Shown: positions 43,481 through 53,792 of the stretch, one piece after another
How the letters are laid out: the number at the start of each line of letters is the position of its first letter
Numbering within the stretch: position 1 is the first letter of the stretch
Assembly (NCBI GenBank): GCA_963719085.1
Contig: CAVRAL010000001.1
Location: 1,120,001 to 1,184,000, forward strand
DNA from: a candidate division FCPU426 bacterium
GTDB taxonomy: Bacteria > Oederibacteriota > Muellerivitia > Muellerivitales > Muellerivitaceae
Reading direction: 5' to 3'
Length of the DNA stretch: 64,000 bases
Translations under genes and position numbers: made by a program
The notes under the pieces: model-generated
Database searches by the model: none
What the model was told of the DNA's origin: nothing
Seen by the model: the letters and a program-made list of their open reading frames with translations, nothing else

Positions 43481-45691
43481 CTAGAGGAGCGACTGCGGGT
43501 CGAGGTCGACCACCCGGAAAACACCCTTGGGAGTCTCGATCGTCTGATCCATCAAGGCCAGCGCTTGGCGGATGGGGCCGGGCTTTTCAGACTTGATTAA
43601 AATCTGGTAGCGGTACTGCCCCCGCAGTTTCGCGATGGCGGCCGGAGCGGGGCCGGAGACTTCGACGCCCAATGTCTTTTGCGACCTTAAAAACCGCGCG
43701 GCTTGCTCGGCGGCTTGGGCGGCCTGCTTTTCCGTTTTGCTTCGGTAGACTAAAAGCCCCAACCGGGAAAAGGGGGGATAAAAAAGCATTTTTCGCAGGG
43801 CCAGTTCCTGTTCCCCGAAAGCCTGGAAATTATAAACCGAGGCCGCTTGAATGCTGGGATGCTCAGGATTGAAGGTCTGCAAATAAATAAGGCCCTCTTT
43901 ATCCGCCCGGCCCGCCCGGCCCGCGACCTGTACCAAAAGCTGAAACACCCGCTCGGACGAGCGGAAATCCGGCAAGGCCAGCCCGGTGTCGGCGCCCACC
44001 ACACCCACCAAGGTCACCCCCGGAAAGTCATGGCCCTTGGCCACCATTTGGGTGCCGATCAAAATATCGACTTCTTTTTTCACGATTCTTTTGAGGATCG
44101 CTTCATGGCTTCCCATTTTCCGGGTTGTGTCCAAATCCATGCGGGCCACACGGGCCTCGGGGAATTTACGAGCGATTTCTTCCTCAATTTTCTCCGTGCC
44201 GAGGCCCACCAACCGAATTGGGCCGCCCTTGCAAGCCGGGCATTTCTCCGGCAAAGGCCCTTGCCAGTTGCAGTAATGGCAAAGCAGCGTCGCCTCATTT
44301 TTGGTGCCGCCGCTTTTATGGAAAGTCACCGGCACCGAGCAGGAAGGACATTGCAGTTGCTCGCCGCATTGAAGGCAAAGCGCCACCGTGCTGAAACCCC
44401 GGCGGTTGAGGAAAAGCAAAGTCTGTTCGCCCTTGGCCAGGGTTTGCCGAACCGCCTCTTCCAATGGCAGGGATAGGATGGGCCGGTCCGCGCCCCGGGC
44501 TTTCCACTCTTCCTTCAAATCCACCAGCCGCATTTTCGGCAGCGGCTTCTGGTTCACCCGGTCGGGCATCAGCAGAAGCCCATACTTCCCCGCCTTGGCG
44601 TTATGAAGCGATTCCAAGGAAGGCGTGGCGCTGCCCAAAACCGCGATCCCGCCCACCAACTGGGCCCTTTTGATGGCGGCATCCCGGGCGTTATAGCGGG
44701 GAGAATCATCCTGCTTATAGGAAGACTCATGCTCTTCATCCACCACGATGAGTCCCAAATTTTTAGCCGGCGCGAAAAGCGCCGAACGGGCGCCCACGAC
44801 GACCGAAGCGTCGCCGGTCGCCATGCTTTCCCATTGGCGAACCCGCTCCCCCGCGCTCAACCGGCTGTGCAAAACCGCCACCCGGTCGCCGAAGCGGCTG
44901 GTGAAACGCTCCACGGTTTGGGGCGTTAGGGCGATTTCAGGAATGAGCACAATGGCCTGCTTGCCCGCGGCCAGGACCAGCGCGATGGCCCGAAGATAAA
45001 TTTCAGTTTTGCCGGAGCCGGTCACGCCTTGAAGCAGAAAAGTTTTAAAACCCCCTTCCGCCAAAGCGGCTTCAATAGCCCCCAGGGCCGAGGCTTGCTG
45101 GGGATGAAGCGGCGGTCCTTTTTTCGTCTCGTGGGATTGTTTTTCCCGGGCCTTCATTTCACCCGGTTCGCCCAGTTTAAGTTCCAGAAGCCCGGCTTTT
45201 TTCAACGCTTCCATCAAGGGCTTCGTCCTCGCCGTAACCGGAACCGTGCCCGCCCTCAAATTGTCCCATTTCACGCCCCGGAGTTTCCCGGCTTCGGCCA
45301 AGGCCGATTCCACCGCCTCTTGCTCGGCGTCCGACTTGAGGCCTAAGAAGACTTTGGGGTTTTTGCGGTAGCCTGAGGGCATCATGGCGAAAAGGGCTTC
45401 CCCCGCCGAGCAATAATAATAATCGGCCATCCATTGGCCGAGCTTCAATAAATCCGGCGTCAGGCATGGCTGGATATCCATGAGCGAGTCGATGGATTTG
45501 AGATGGGGGACTTTCGGGGCCACCCGTGAGAGGCCGGTAACAAGTCCCACGGTTTGGCGGCGGCCAAAAGAAACCGAACAACGCATACCCGGCTGGATCG
45601 CGCCTTCCAACGCCGGAGGCACGCCATAGGTGAAGACTTGTTTGAGCGGGACCGGAAATACAATTTCGGCATAAAGGTTGAAGGATGTCAA
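43481..45691 (-). CDS. priA: Primosomal protein N'
   Basis: GVTGSGKTE, PEIALTPQ, DEEHE, Zn-knuckle CxxC pairs, GTQMVAKGHDF, QVAGRAGR; start placed at TTG 45691. Confidence 0.96.
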   Translation of the reverse strand: MTSFNLYAEIVFPVPLKQVFTYGVPPALEGAIQPGMRCSVSFGRRQTVGLVTGLSRVAPKVPHLKSIDSLMDIQPCLTPDLLKLGQWMADYYYCSAGEALFAMMPSGYRKNPKVFLGLKSDAEQEAVESALAEAGKLRGVKWDNLRAGTVPVTARTKPLMEALKKAGLLELKLGEPGEMKAREKQSHETKKGPPLHPQQASALGAIEAALAEGGFKTFLLQGVTGSGKTEIYLRAIALVLAAGKQAIVLIPEIALTPQTVERFTSRFGDRVAVLHSRLSAGERVRQWESMATGDASVVVGARSALFAPAKNLGLIVVDEEHESSYKQDDSPRYNARDAAIKRAQLVGGIAVLGSATPSLESLHNAKAGKYGLLLMPDRVNQKPLPKMRLVDLKEEWKARGADRPILSLPLEEAVRQTLAKGEQTLLFLNRRGFSTVALCLQCGEQLQCPSCSVPVTFHKSGGTKNEATLLCHYCNWQGPLPEKCPACKGGPIRLVGLGTEKIEEEIARKFPEARVARMDLDTTRKMGSHEAILKRIVKKEVDILIGTQMVAKGHDFPGVTLVGVVGADTGLALPDFRSSERVFQLLVQVAGRAGRADKEGLIYLQTFNPEHPSIQAASVYNFQAFGEQELALRKMLFYPPFSRLGLLVYRSKTEKQAAQAAEQAARFLRSQKTLGVEVSGPAPAAIAKLRGQYRYQILIKSEKPGPIRQALALMDQTIETPKGVFRVVDLDPQSLL

Positions 45692-45693
45692 AA

Positions 45694-46527
45694 TCAGCGC
45701 TCGCCCTGGTGGCGCGGATCCATCCAATCGCGGAGCCCCTCGCCCAATAGGTTGTAACCCAAAACAGTCACGAAGATAGCCAGTCCGGGAAAAGTCACCA
45801 GCCACCAGGCGTCGGTTAGGTGTTCTTTGCCTTCGGTGAGCATATTGCCCCAACTGGCGGTAGGCGGTTGGACGCCCAGGCCTAAAAAGCTGAGCGCCGA
45901 CTCGGTCAGAATGGTGGAACCCACCCCTAAGGTGGCCACCACCAAAACCGGTCCCAAGGCGTTCGGTAAAAGCTGGGTGAAAATAATGCGGGCGTCCTTC
46001 ATGCCGATCACCCGGGCCGCGGTGATGAAGTCCCGCTCTTTCAGGGACAAAATTTCGCCCCGTACCAACCGGGCCACACCCATCCAAGAGGTGAGCCCGA
46101 TCACCACCATCACGTTGAAAATGCTGGGCCCCACGAAGGCGATTACCATCAGGATCAAAAACAAGGTCGGAATGCAGAGCATGATGTCGACGAAGCGCAT
46201 CAGGAGGATATCCACCCAGCCGCCGTAATAACCCGCCAGAGCGCCGATGGTGACCCCGATCCCCACATAAAGCGAAACCGCGACCACGCCCACCGCCAAA
46301 GAGATGCGCGCGCCGTAGATCATCCGGGACAACACATCCCTTCCATATTGGTCCGTACCCAGCCAATGGTGCCAGGTCGGCGCCAAAAGGCTTTGATCCA
46401 GGGATTGCGCGTTCGGATCTTGCGGCGCCAATAGCGGGGCCGCGAAAGCCGTCACCACCAAGGCCGCCACAATGAGCCCGCCCCCAAGGATGAGCGGGTA
46501 ATGTTTCAGGGTGTTTTTTAAAGACAT
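45694..46527 (-). CDS. Peptide/nickel ABC transporter permease (OppC/DppC-like)
   Basis: HWLGTDQYGRDVLSRMIYGARISL, ESALSFLGLG, GEGLRD. Confidence 0.93.
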   Translation of the reverse strand: MSLKNTLKHYPLILGGGLIVAALVVTAFAAPLLAPQDPNAQSLDQSLLAPTWHHWLGTDQYGRDVLSRMIYGARISLAVGVVAVSLYVGIGVTIGALAGYYGGWVDILLMRFVDIMLCIPTLFLILMVIAFVGPSIFNVMVVIGLTSWMGVARLVRGEILSLKERDFITAARVIGMKDARIIFTQLLPNALGPVLVVATLGVGSTILTESALSFLGLGVQPPTASWGNMLTEGKEHLTDAWWLVTFPGLAIFVTVLGYNLLGEGLRDWMDPRHQGER

Positions 46528-46555
46528 TTCAGCACCCCTCCACCAAAACCAAATT

Positions 46556-46677
46556 CGCACGCAAAGACACTAAGACGCCAAGAACGGAAAAATCTATTTG
46601 GGTAAAGCACAAATCGGAAAGCCTTTGTTTTTAAAAAATGAAATGTTACCTTTGCGTCTTGGCGTCTTTGCGTGAGC
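46556..46677. repeat. Family A inverted-repeat element (ACGCNAAG x3 ends)
   Basis: CACGCAAAGACACTAAGACGCCAAG ... CTTTGCGTCTTGGCGTCTTTGCGTG around an AT-rich spacer. Confidence 0.85.
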
Positions 46678-46710
46678 CGTTTTTGTTGGTTAAGGTTAAT
46701 GAATTGAGCC

Positions 46711-47682
46711 CTAGTCATAGTGCACCCTCGGGTCCAGCCAGGCATAGCTGACGTCGGCTAAAAGATTTCCCAAAAGCGTCAAAAACGCCGAAATGATGCC
46801 GACTCCCATGACCACCGGATAATCGTGATTCATCATGGACTCATACCCAAGCCGCCCCATGCCGGGCCAGGCGAAGATGGACTCAATAATGACGCTTCCC
46901 CCAATCAACCCGGGCAGGGACAGCCCCATCAAGGTCACGATGGGAATCAAGGCGTTTCGTAAAGCGTGTTTAAAAATGACCTGTCTTTCGCTCAAACCCT
47001 TGGCGCGGGCGGTGCGGATATAGTCTTGGCGGATCACTTCCAAAAGACTGGTCTTGGCGTATTGGGAAACCGAAGCCAACCCCACGAAAGTGGTGACGAA
47101 AAGCGGAAGGATCAAATGCCAAGCCATATCGCCCAGACGCTCGAAAAAAGGCAGATCCTCGGCGCCCAGGCTCATCATGCCCGAAACCGGAAGCGCTCCC
47201 CAAGTCACGCCGAATAAAAGCATCATCATCAGGGCCAGCCAAAAGTCAGGCGTTGAAAAACCGAAAAAGACAAAACCCGTAATGAGCTTATCCGGCCATT
47301 TGCCCTGGTAATAAGCCGCCGCGATTCCCAACGGTACCCCGATCACAAAAAGAAGCAGGAGCGAAAGGCCGGATAAAAGCAGTGTGGCGGGCATATGTTC
47401 CAAGATGAGCGTCAAAACCGGACGACTATCTTTGAAGGACTCCCCCAAATCCAACCGCGCCAAATGGGAAAGCCAATGCCAATATTGGACATAGAGCGGG
47501 TCGTTCAAACCATAAGCCGCCCGGAGTTTTTCGATGTAGCTGGGATCAATCTTTTGGTTCATGGCCGCCGAAAGCGAAGCCGGATCGCCGGGCGCCAATT
47601 GCATGATGGCGAAACTGATGACCGAGATGCCCAAAAGCAGCGGCACCATCATCAATAACCGCCGCAGGATAAATTTCTTCAT
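46711..47682 (-). CDS. Peptide/nickel ABC transporter permease (OppB/DppB-like)
   Basis: LAPGDPA, QDYIRTARAKGL, HALRNAL, IESIFAWPGMG, LDPRV. Confidence 0.93.
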   Translation of the reverse strand: MKKFILRRLLMMVPLLLGISVISFAIMQLAPGDPASLSAAMNQKIDPSYIEKLRAAYGLNDPLYVQYWHWLSHLARLDLGESFKDSRPVLTLILEHMPATLLLSGLSLLLLFVIGVPLGIAAAYYQGKWPDKLITGFVFFGFSTPDFWLALMMMLLFGVTWGALPVSGMMSLGAEDLPFFERLGDMAWHLILPLFVTTFVGLASVSQYAKTSLLEVIRQDYIRTARAKGLSERQVIFKHALRNALIPIVTLMGLSLPGLIGGSVIIESIFAWPGMGRLGYESMMNHDYPVVMGVGIISAFLTLLGNLLADVSYAWLDPRVHYD

Positions 47683-47725
47683 AAAATCCTCAAAACAAAA
47701 CCCGCGAACTTAACCAACACCAAAA

Positions 47726-47861
47726 GCTCACGCAAAAACGCTAAGACGCCAAGGTAACCCAGACAAATCTCACGGAACATTTCATGGTTAAGGCAAAAGA
47801 TTGTTTTAAAATTCACCACAATTAATCGCCCTTCTTAGCGTCTTGGCGTCTTTGCGTGAGC
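47726..47861. repeat. Family A inverted-repeat element
   Basis: GCTCACGCAAAAACGCTAAGACGCCAAG ... CTTAGCGTCTTGGCGTCTTTGCGTGAGC. Confidence 0.85.
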
Positions 47862-47899
47862 AGTTTTTGTTGGTTTTGACCTTGGCTTCAATCCGTTGG

Positions 47900-49528
47900 T
47901 TAGGGTTGATACTTTTGTTGGTTCGTGGGGACGTACCACTTCTCCGGCCGGGTGGCGATGCCGTTGTCGTTCACGGTGTATCCCTTGAAACGCTTATGGA
48001 TGGCCGGCATGGCTTCGGGCACATACAAAAAGGTATAGGGCTGGTCGTCGTAAAGCACCTGGTGCAGGCGCTGGTAGATCAGCTTGCGCTTGGCCGGGTC
48101 CAGTGTGCGGCGGCCTTCCACCAATAGGGCGTCGACCGTCTTATTCTTGTAGGTCACAAAGTTGAACTGGTGCTCCCCGGTCTGGCTCGAATGGAAAATT
48201 TGGTAACAATCGGGCTCCGGCGACAGGGTCCAACCCAAGATGACCGCGTCGAACTTTTTAGGATTCACGTATTGGGATAAAAAGGTCGTCCATTCCACGA
48301 TCTGAACGTCCACCTGGATGCCGATTTGCTGGTATTGCTGCTGCACGATCGTGGCGATTCGCTCGCGGCTCACATTGCCCTGGTTCGTCATCAGGGTGAA
48401 CTTAAAGGGTTTGCCGTCGCGGGTGAGCATCCCGTCTTTGCCTTGCCTCCAACCGGCTTGTTTCAAAAGCGCCAAGGCCTTTTTCGCGTCAAAGGGCAAA
48501 GCCTTCACCTTGGGGTTGTTGGCCCAGGAATGAAGCGGGAAAGGCCCGGTCGACACATGGCCCTCGCCATAAATGACGTTTTTAATAATCGCGTCCCGGT
48601 CCAAGGCCATCGTCAAGGCTTGCCGGACACGCTTGTCCTTGAACAATGGATTGAGCTCGTTCCAACCGATATAGACATAAGACAGGTCGTCATATTGGTA
48701 GACGTTGTAATAATTTTTAAACTTGGGCGTGTCAATCTGGCGCGCGTATTGTTCGGGCGTCAATCCCCCGTGGAGCCAGGCGCCCAGCGCGTCCACGCCG
48801 CCATTGAGCAATTCCAAAAATTCGGTCGCTTGATCCGGTATCACCCGCATAACGAATTTTTTAATGTGCGGGGCGCCCTCCCAATAATCCGGGTTGGCTT
48901 CCAGGGTAATTTTTTGGTCGGTCTGCCAGCTCACGAATTTGTAAGGCCCGGTGCCGATGGGATGCCGGTTAAAATCCGACTTATTGATGTCCTGCCCCTC
49001 CAGCAAATGTTTCGGAAGGATGTTGTCAAAGGTGCTGGTCAGCGCCGGGGCAAAAGGTTGTTTATAGGTCACCCGGACGGTGTAATCATCCAGCTTGTCG
49101 ACCGAGGCGATGTCGTTGTAGAAACTGCCCTCCGGCGTATCCACCGTGGGATCGGAATAAACCTTATAGGTAAAAAGCACGTCGTCAGCGGTGAACTCCA
49201 CCCCGTCATGGAACTTCACGCCCTTACGCAGGTAATAGGTAATGACTTTGCCGTTCTTGGAAACCGACCATTTCTGGGCCAACGCGCCTTGCAGGTTAAA
49301 GTCGGGGTCATAGCGCAGTAAACCATTGAAAACCAGCGAGTCGATATCCAGCCCCCCCACTTCATCCACCAGAGGCGGCATCAGCTTCTTCGCGTCTCCC
49401 AAGCTGGGTTCCACGAGACAATCCCCCTCGGCTACCGGGCCGTCCTGGGCGTAGATTTTGGGGTCCTTGTGGCCGCAGCCGGTCAGAAACAGGGACGCCA
49501 CGAGGATGATGAAGATGGAACGGATCAT
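47900..49528 (-). CDS. Peptide ABC transporter substrate-binding lipoprotein (family 5, AppA-like)
   Basis: Lipobox LFLTGC, LRKGVKFHDG.EFTADDV, PIGTGPYKF. Confidence 0.94.
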   Translation of the reverse strand: MIRSIFIILVASLFLTGCGHKDPKIYAQDGPVAEGDCLVEPSLGDAKKLMPPLVDEVGGLDIDSLVFNGLLRYDPDFNLQGALAQKWSVSKNGKVITYYLRKGVKFHDGVEFTADDVLFTYKVYSDPTVDTPEGSFYNDIASVDKLDDYTVRVTYKQPFAPALTSTFDNILPKHLLEGQDINKSDFNRHPIGTGPYKFVSWQTDQKITLEANPDYWEGAPHIKKFVMRVIPDQATEFLELLNGGVDALGAWLHGGLTPEQYARQIDTPKFKNYYNVYQYDDLSYVYIGWNELNPLFKDKRVRQALTMALDRDAIIKNVIYGEGHVSTGPFPLHSWANNPKVKALPFDAKKALALLKQAGWRQGKDGMLTRDGKPFKFTLMTNQGNVSRERIATIVQQQYQQIGIQVDVQIVEWTTFLSQYVNPKKFDAVILGWTLSPEPDCYQIFHSSQTGEHQFNFVTYKNKTVDALLVEGRRTLDPAKRKLIYQRLHQVLYDDQPYTFLYVPEAMPAIHKRFKGYTVNDNGIATRPEKWYVPTNQQKYQP

Positions 49529-49541
49529 GAAATATTCCTTT

Positions 49542-49925
49542 TCAACCTTCTCCCTCGCCCTGGAGGGGAGAGGGTCGGGGTGAGGGTGATTTTACAACTT
49601 TTCCAAGTATTTCTTCCAGGACAGCTCGCGTATTACTCAACACTTCATGGTTCCAGAAGCGGATAACAAGAAACCCGCCTTGTTCTAAAAACTTTGTCCT
49701 CTTGGCGTCATTCTTTTTGTTTTTCGCGGGCTGGCCGCCATCCAATTCAACTATTAATTTTGCCGTAAAAGAGCGGAAATCAGCGATGTAAGAACCCAAA
49801 GGTTGTTGGCGCCTGAATTTAAGACCCTGAAATTGCCGAGACCTAAGATGTTTCCACAAAAGCTTTTCCGCTTCGGTTTGATCACGACGAAGGATTCGGG
49901 CAAAAACCTTGGAATCTTTTTTCAT
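49542..49925 (-). CDS. DUF559 (Vsr-like) endonuclease-domain protein
   Basis: ARILRRDQTEAEKLLWKHLRSRQFQGLKFRRQQPLGSYIADF..IVELDGGQ..GFLVIRFWN. Confidence 0.92.
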   Translation of the reverse strand: MKKDSKVFARILRRDQTEAEKLLWKHLRSRQFQGLKFRRQQPLGSYIADFRSFTAKLIVELDGGQPAKNKKNDAKRTKFLEQGGFLVIRFWNHEVLSNTRAVLEEILGKVVKSPSPRPSPLQGEGEG

Positions 49926-49964
49926 TCCCCCTCACCCTAGCCCTCTCCCTCAAGGGGCGAGGGA
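49551..49964. mobile_element. DUF559 cassette bounded by 36-bp hairpin-containing inverted repeats
   Basis: TCCCTCGCCCTGGAGGGGAGAGGGTCGGGGTGAGGG (49551-49586) and CCCTCACCCTAGCCCTCTCCCTCAAGGGGCGAGGGA (49929-49964). Mobility is inferred. Confidence 0.7.
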
Positions 49965-50083
49965 ACTCAGCTCACAGCGAAAAATCAGGCGCCATGACAT
50001 TTCTCGCGCCGCTCTTTTATCGAGCGGCATTCCCCAATCTTGCGCCTTGCCTGGCGGGCTCGACACGGGGCGAAATATGAAGC

Positions 50084-52774
50084 TTATGCCCCATGGCATT
50101 TCTTATATTTTTTCCCCGAGCCGCAAGGGCAAGGGTCGTTGCGGCCAACCTTCGGCTCGTCGCGTTTGATGGGAATCACCTTCACGGCTTCACGCGGCTG
50201 GCTTTGGGGATTTTCCCAAGGTTGTCCGCCCATGGGGAATCCCTCGCCCGTGGGGGGCGCGTTTTGACCCATCAAGGCCGGCGCGGAGACCGCCTCAGCG
50301 GCCGGAGCCGCTCTCTGAATCGCGGCTTTCGGGTCGAAACTGGGGTGCTCTTCTTTTAATTTCTTCGGCGATGGGCCGGACGGAAAAAGGTTCTCGGCCG
50401 GATCGACCTTTTGCACCATAAAGATCAAGCGAATGGATTCTTCTTCCAGCCGGTCTTGGAGCTCATCGAACATGGCGAAGCCCTGGCGCTTGTACTCGAT
50501 CAAAGGATCCTTTTGGCCGTAGGCCTGCAGGCCGATCCCTTCCTTCAAGTGGTCCATCGCCAGCAAATGGTCCTTCCAAAGGTTGTCGACCACCTGCAGT
50601 AAAATCGCCCTCTCCAAAGTCCGCATCACTTCCGGCGTCAGGGCTTTTTCTTTTTCCTCATAAGCCAGGATGATTTCCCGCTTCAGGGCCTCATAAAGCG
50701 CTTCCCGGTCCATCAGGCGGAACTTATCCTCGTCCCAAGTCAGGTTGCCCCGGAAAATATCCTTGAACCATTTTTTCAGTCCCTCAAAGTCCCAGGTGGC
50801 CTGGTCTTTTTCGGGAGCGTAATTGCCCACGCCCATGACCGCCAAATCGTCCAAAACCTTCAACATGTGGGCGCGGATATCGCTTTCGCGCAAAACCCGG
50901 TTGCGCTGGCGGTAAATGACTTCCCGCTGTTTATTCATCACGTCGTCATACTCGATCAAGTGTTTGCGGATGTCGAAGTTATGGCCTTCCACGGCTTTTT
51001 GCGCCCGTTCAATGGCTTTAGAGACCCAAGGATGGGAGATGACTTCGCCTTCTTCCATGCCCAAGCTGGTCATCAGGTTCTTGAGTTTGTCGGAGCCGAA
51101 GATGCGCATCAGGTCGTCTTCCAAGGAAACATAAAAGCGCGAAAGCCCCGGATCCCCTTGGCGGCCCGAACGTCCACGGAGCTGATTGTCAATGCGGCGG
51201 CTTTCATGGCGTTCCGTGCCCAAAACCGCTAAGCCTCCAGTTTCCTTCATACCCGCGCCCAACACGATGTCGGTCCCGCGGCCCGCCATGTTGGTGGCGA
51301 TGGTGACGGCGCCCGGTTGGCCCGCCATGGAGATGATCTCGGCTTCCCGCTCGTGGTTTTTGGCGTTCAAGACCTCGTGCTTCACGCCACGCCGTTTTAA
51401 CAGCGCCGAAAGCATTTCGTTCTTCTCGATGGAAACCGTTCCCACGAGCACCGTTTGGTTTTTGGCATGGAGGGCCGCCACCTCATCGGCGATGGCCTCG
51501 AACTTTTCCCGCTCGGAGCGGTAAACCGCGTCGCCGTCGTCCTTGCGGATCATGTTCCGGTGGGTGGGGATGCCCACCACATCCAAATTATAAATCTTTT
51601 TAAATTCAGCCGCCTCCGTCTCGGCGGTGCCGGTCATACCGGACAGTTTTTTGTACATGCGGAAAAAATTCTGGAAAGTGATGGTGGCCAGGGTCTGGTT
51701 TTCGGCCTCGATCTTCACCCGCTCCTTGGCTTCCAAGGCCTGGTGCAGGCCGTCGGAATAACGGCGGCCCGGCATGAGCCGGCCCGTGAACTCGTCCACG
51801 ATCACTACTTCCCCGTCCTTCACGATATAGTCCACGTCCCGCTTGAAAATCGCGTGGGCCTTGAGGGCCTGCTGAACATGATGAACCAACTGGACGTTTT
51901 TATGGTCATAGAGGTTGTCGATCTTCAAAAGCTTTTCCACGTGGGCCACGCCCGCCTCGGTCAAAAAGGCGGAGCGGGTTTTTTCTTCCACGTCATAATC
52001 GGCGTCCTTGCCTTTTTTAAGGGTCGGGATAATGCGGTCGATGGTGTAATAAAGGTCGGTGGATTCCTCGCTGGGGCCCGAGATGATCAGCGGCGTCCTG
52101 GCCTCATCCACCAAGATGCTGTCCACTTCGTCCACGATGGCGTAATTGAGCTCGCGTTGGACCGTGTGCTCAATCATCGTGGCCATATTGTCCCGCAGAT
52201 AATCGAATCCCAACTCGTTGTTGGTGGCGTAAGTGATGTCGGCCGCGTAGGCCACTTGGCGCTCCAAATGGTTCAAGCCGTGCTTAATGACGCCGCAGGT
52301 GAGGCCCAGAAACTCATAAATGTTGGCCATCCCCTTGAAGGAACCCCGGCCCATGCTGTCGCGTTCGGCCAGGTAGTCGTTGACGGTCACCACATGGACG
52401 CCCTTGCCTTCCAGCGCGTTGAGATAAACCGGGAGCGTCGCCACGAGGGTTTTTCCCTCGCCGGTGCGCATTTCGGAGATGCGGCCCGAATGGAGGACCA
52501 TTCCGCCGATCAACTGAACGTCAAAGTGGCGCATCCCTAAGGTGCGTTTGGACGCCTCGCGGACCACCGCGAAAGCTTCCGGCAGCAGATCATCCAAGGT
52601 CTCACCCTTGGCTAAGCGTTCCTTGAATTCAGCGGTTTTGGCTTTGAGCTGGTCATCGCTCAAGGCCTGCATTTGGGGCTCCAGCGCGTTGATTTCGGCC
52701 ACCTTGGGCCAAAGCTTCTTTACTTCACGGTCGTTTTTGCTTCCAAAAACTTTAGTCAGAATGGTTTCGAACAT
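50084..52774 (-). CDS. secA: Preprotein translocase subunit SecA
   Basis: [59 protein letters not shown]. Confidence 0.99.
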   Translation of the reverse strand: MFETILTKVFGSKNDREVKKLWPKVAEINALEPQMQALSDDQLKAKTAEFKERLAKGETLDDLLPEAFAVVREASKRTLGMRHFDVQLIGGMVLHSGRISEMRTGEGKTLVATLPVYLNALEGKGVHVVTVNDYLAERDSMGRGSFKGMANIYEFLGLTCGVIKHGLNHLERQVAYAADITYATNNELGFDYLRDNMATMIEHTVQRELNYAIVDEVDSILVDEARTPLIISGPSEESTDLYYTIDRIIPTLKKGKDADYDVEEKTRSAFLTEAGVAHVEKLLKIDNLYDHKNVQLVHHVQQALKAHAIFKRDVDYIVKDGEVVIVDEFTGRLMPGRRYSDGLHQALEAKERVKIEAENQTLATITFQNFFRMYKKLSGMTGTAETEAAEFKKIYNLDVVGIPTHRNMIRKDDGDAVYRSEREKFEAIADEVAALHAKNQTVLVGTVSIEKNEMLSALLKRRGVKHEVLNAKNHEREAEIISMAGQPGAVTIATNMAGRGTDIVLGAGMKETGGLAVLGTERHESRRIDNQLRGRSGRQGDPGLSRFYVSLEDDLMRIFGSDKLKNLMTSLGMEEGEVISHPWVSKAIERAQKAVEGHNFDIRKHLIEYDDVMNKQREVIYRQRNRVLRESDIRAHMLKVLDDLAVMGVGNYAPEKDQATWDFEGLKKWFKDIFRGNLTWDEDKFRLMDREALYEALKREIILAYEEKEKALTPEVMRTLERAILLQVVDNLWKDHLLAMDHLKEGIGLQAYGQKDPLIEYKRQGFAMFDELQDRLEEESIRLIFMVQKVDPAENLFPSGPSPKKLKEEHPSFDPKAAIQRAAPAAEAVSAPALMGQNAPPTGEGFPMGGQPWENPQSQPREAVKVIPIKRDEPKVGRNDPCPCGSGKKYKKCHGA

Positions 52775-52865
52775 AGTTCCTCGTTGTAGGGTTTGCGAAA
52801 AGAGGCCTAAGTATAGGGATTTCGCAAGGGCGGTTCAAGGCAATCCCCGGCCCAAAAAGGCAATT

Positions 52866-53010
52866 AACAATGATTAACGCCGATGAACGCAGATACTTTT
52901 AAAACCAAATTCTTATATTTTCACCCATCAGCGTTTATCCGCGTCCATCATTGTTCAATGGGTGTCGACGCTTTCAGAATCTGCGTTTATCTGCGTTCAT
53001 CATTGTAACA
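52866..53010. repeat. Family B inverted-repeat element (10-nt periodic AACGCAGAT ends; one left and two right ends)
   Basis: AACAATGATTAACGCCGATGAACGCAGAT versus ATCAGCGTTTATCCGCGTCCATCATTGTT and ATCTGCGTTTATCTGCGTTCATCATTGT. Confidence 0.8.
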
Positions 53011-53024
53011 ATAGCCTTTGCTGT

Positions 53025-53789
53025 TCAATGTGTCGGCGTGGGCGTGAAGGCGGCCTCCTCAAAAGGCAGGAGCGCGGCTTGGGCTGACTCAAATTGATCT
53101 GGGGTAATCTTATCGGCGATCATCATGCGTTCCAGGATCGAATCCATGACCCGCTGATCCCGGACCGAGACCTGTCCTTTTTTAAAGGACCGGCTGTACC
53201 GAATGGGGCTGGGTAAAAGCGCGGCCAGATAAACCCCCTCATCCAGCGTCAAATCCCGGGCGTGGGCCCGGAAGTAGTATTGTGAAGCCTCTTCAATTCC
53301 GTAAAGCTTGTCGCCCCATTGGGCCGTATTCAGATAAATTTCCAAGATCCGATCCTTGGTCAAAACCTTTTCGGCGGCCTGCGCCAGGATCAGTTCCTCT
53401 ATTTTACGGCTGATGGTTTTACGGCGGGTCAGAAGGGTGTTTTTCATGACTTGTTGGGTGATGGTGCTGGCGCCCCGCTTAAAGCGAAAGCTTTTCAGAT
53501 CATCCTTCAGGGCGTCCCACATGGAATTCAACTCGAAACCCCGGTTGGCGTAAAAGTCGTCGTCCTCACTGGTCAAGATGGCCGTCACCGCCATGGGGGA
53601 CACTTGGTCCAGCGGAACCCAAAGGGGCAATTTCAACTTCGCTTCTAAATAATCATCCGATTCTAGTTTGGGGATCTCCGGAATGAGCTTTTTCGCCCGC
53701 TCGACCGCCAACCCGACGATGAGCAGACCCATAAAAACAACCAGGGCACCGGCCCCGATCCCGATCCATCGCTTGTCCTTCCTCGCCAT
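53025..53789 (-). CDS. Monofunctional peptidoglycan transglycosylase (GT51, MtgA-like)
   Basis: SEDDDF, GASTITQQVMKN, RKIEE, KDRILEIYLN. Confidence 0.9.
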   Translation of the reverse strand: MARKDKRWIGIGAGALVVFMGLLIVGLAVERAKKLIPEIPKLESDDYLEAKLKLPLWVPLDQVSPMAVTAILTSEDDDFYANRGFELNSMWDALKDDLKSFRFKRGASTITQQVMKNTLLTRRKTISRKIEELILAQAAEKVLTKDRILEIYLNTAQWGDKLYGIEEASQYYFRAHARDLTLDEGVYLAALLPSPIRYSRSFKKGQVSVRDQRVMDSILERMMIADKITPDQFESAQAALLPFEEAAFTPTPTH

Positions 53790-53792
53790 TCT

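Noticed and set aside
45692..46366. N-terminal extension making PriA 961 aa
   Set aside because: It is an alternative frame of the oppC-like gene; PriA similarity begins at about 45691.
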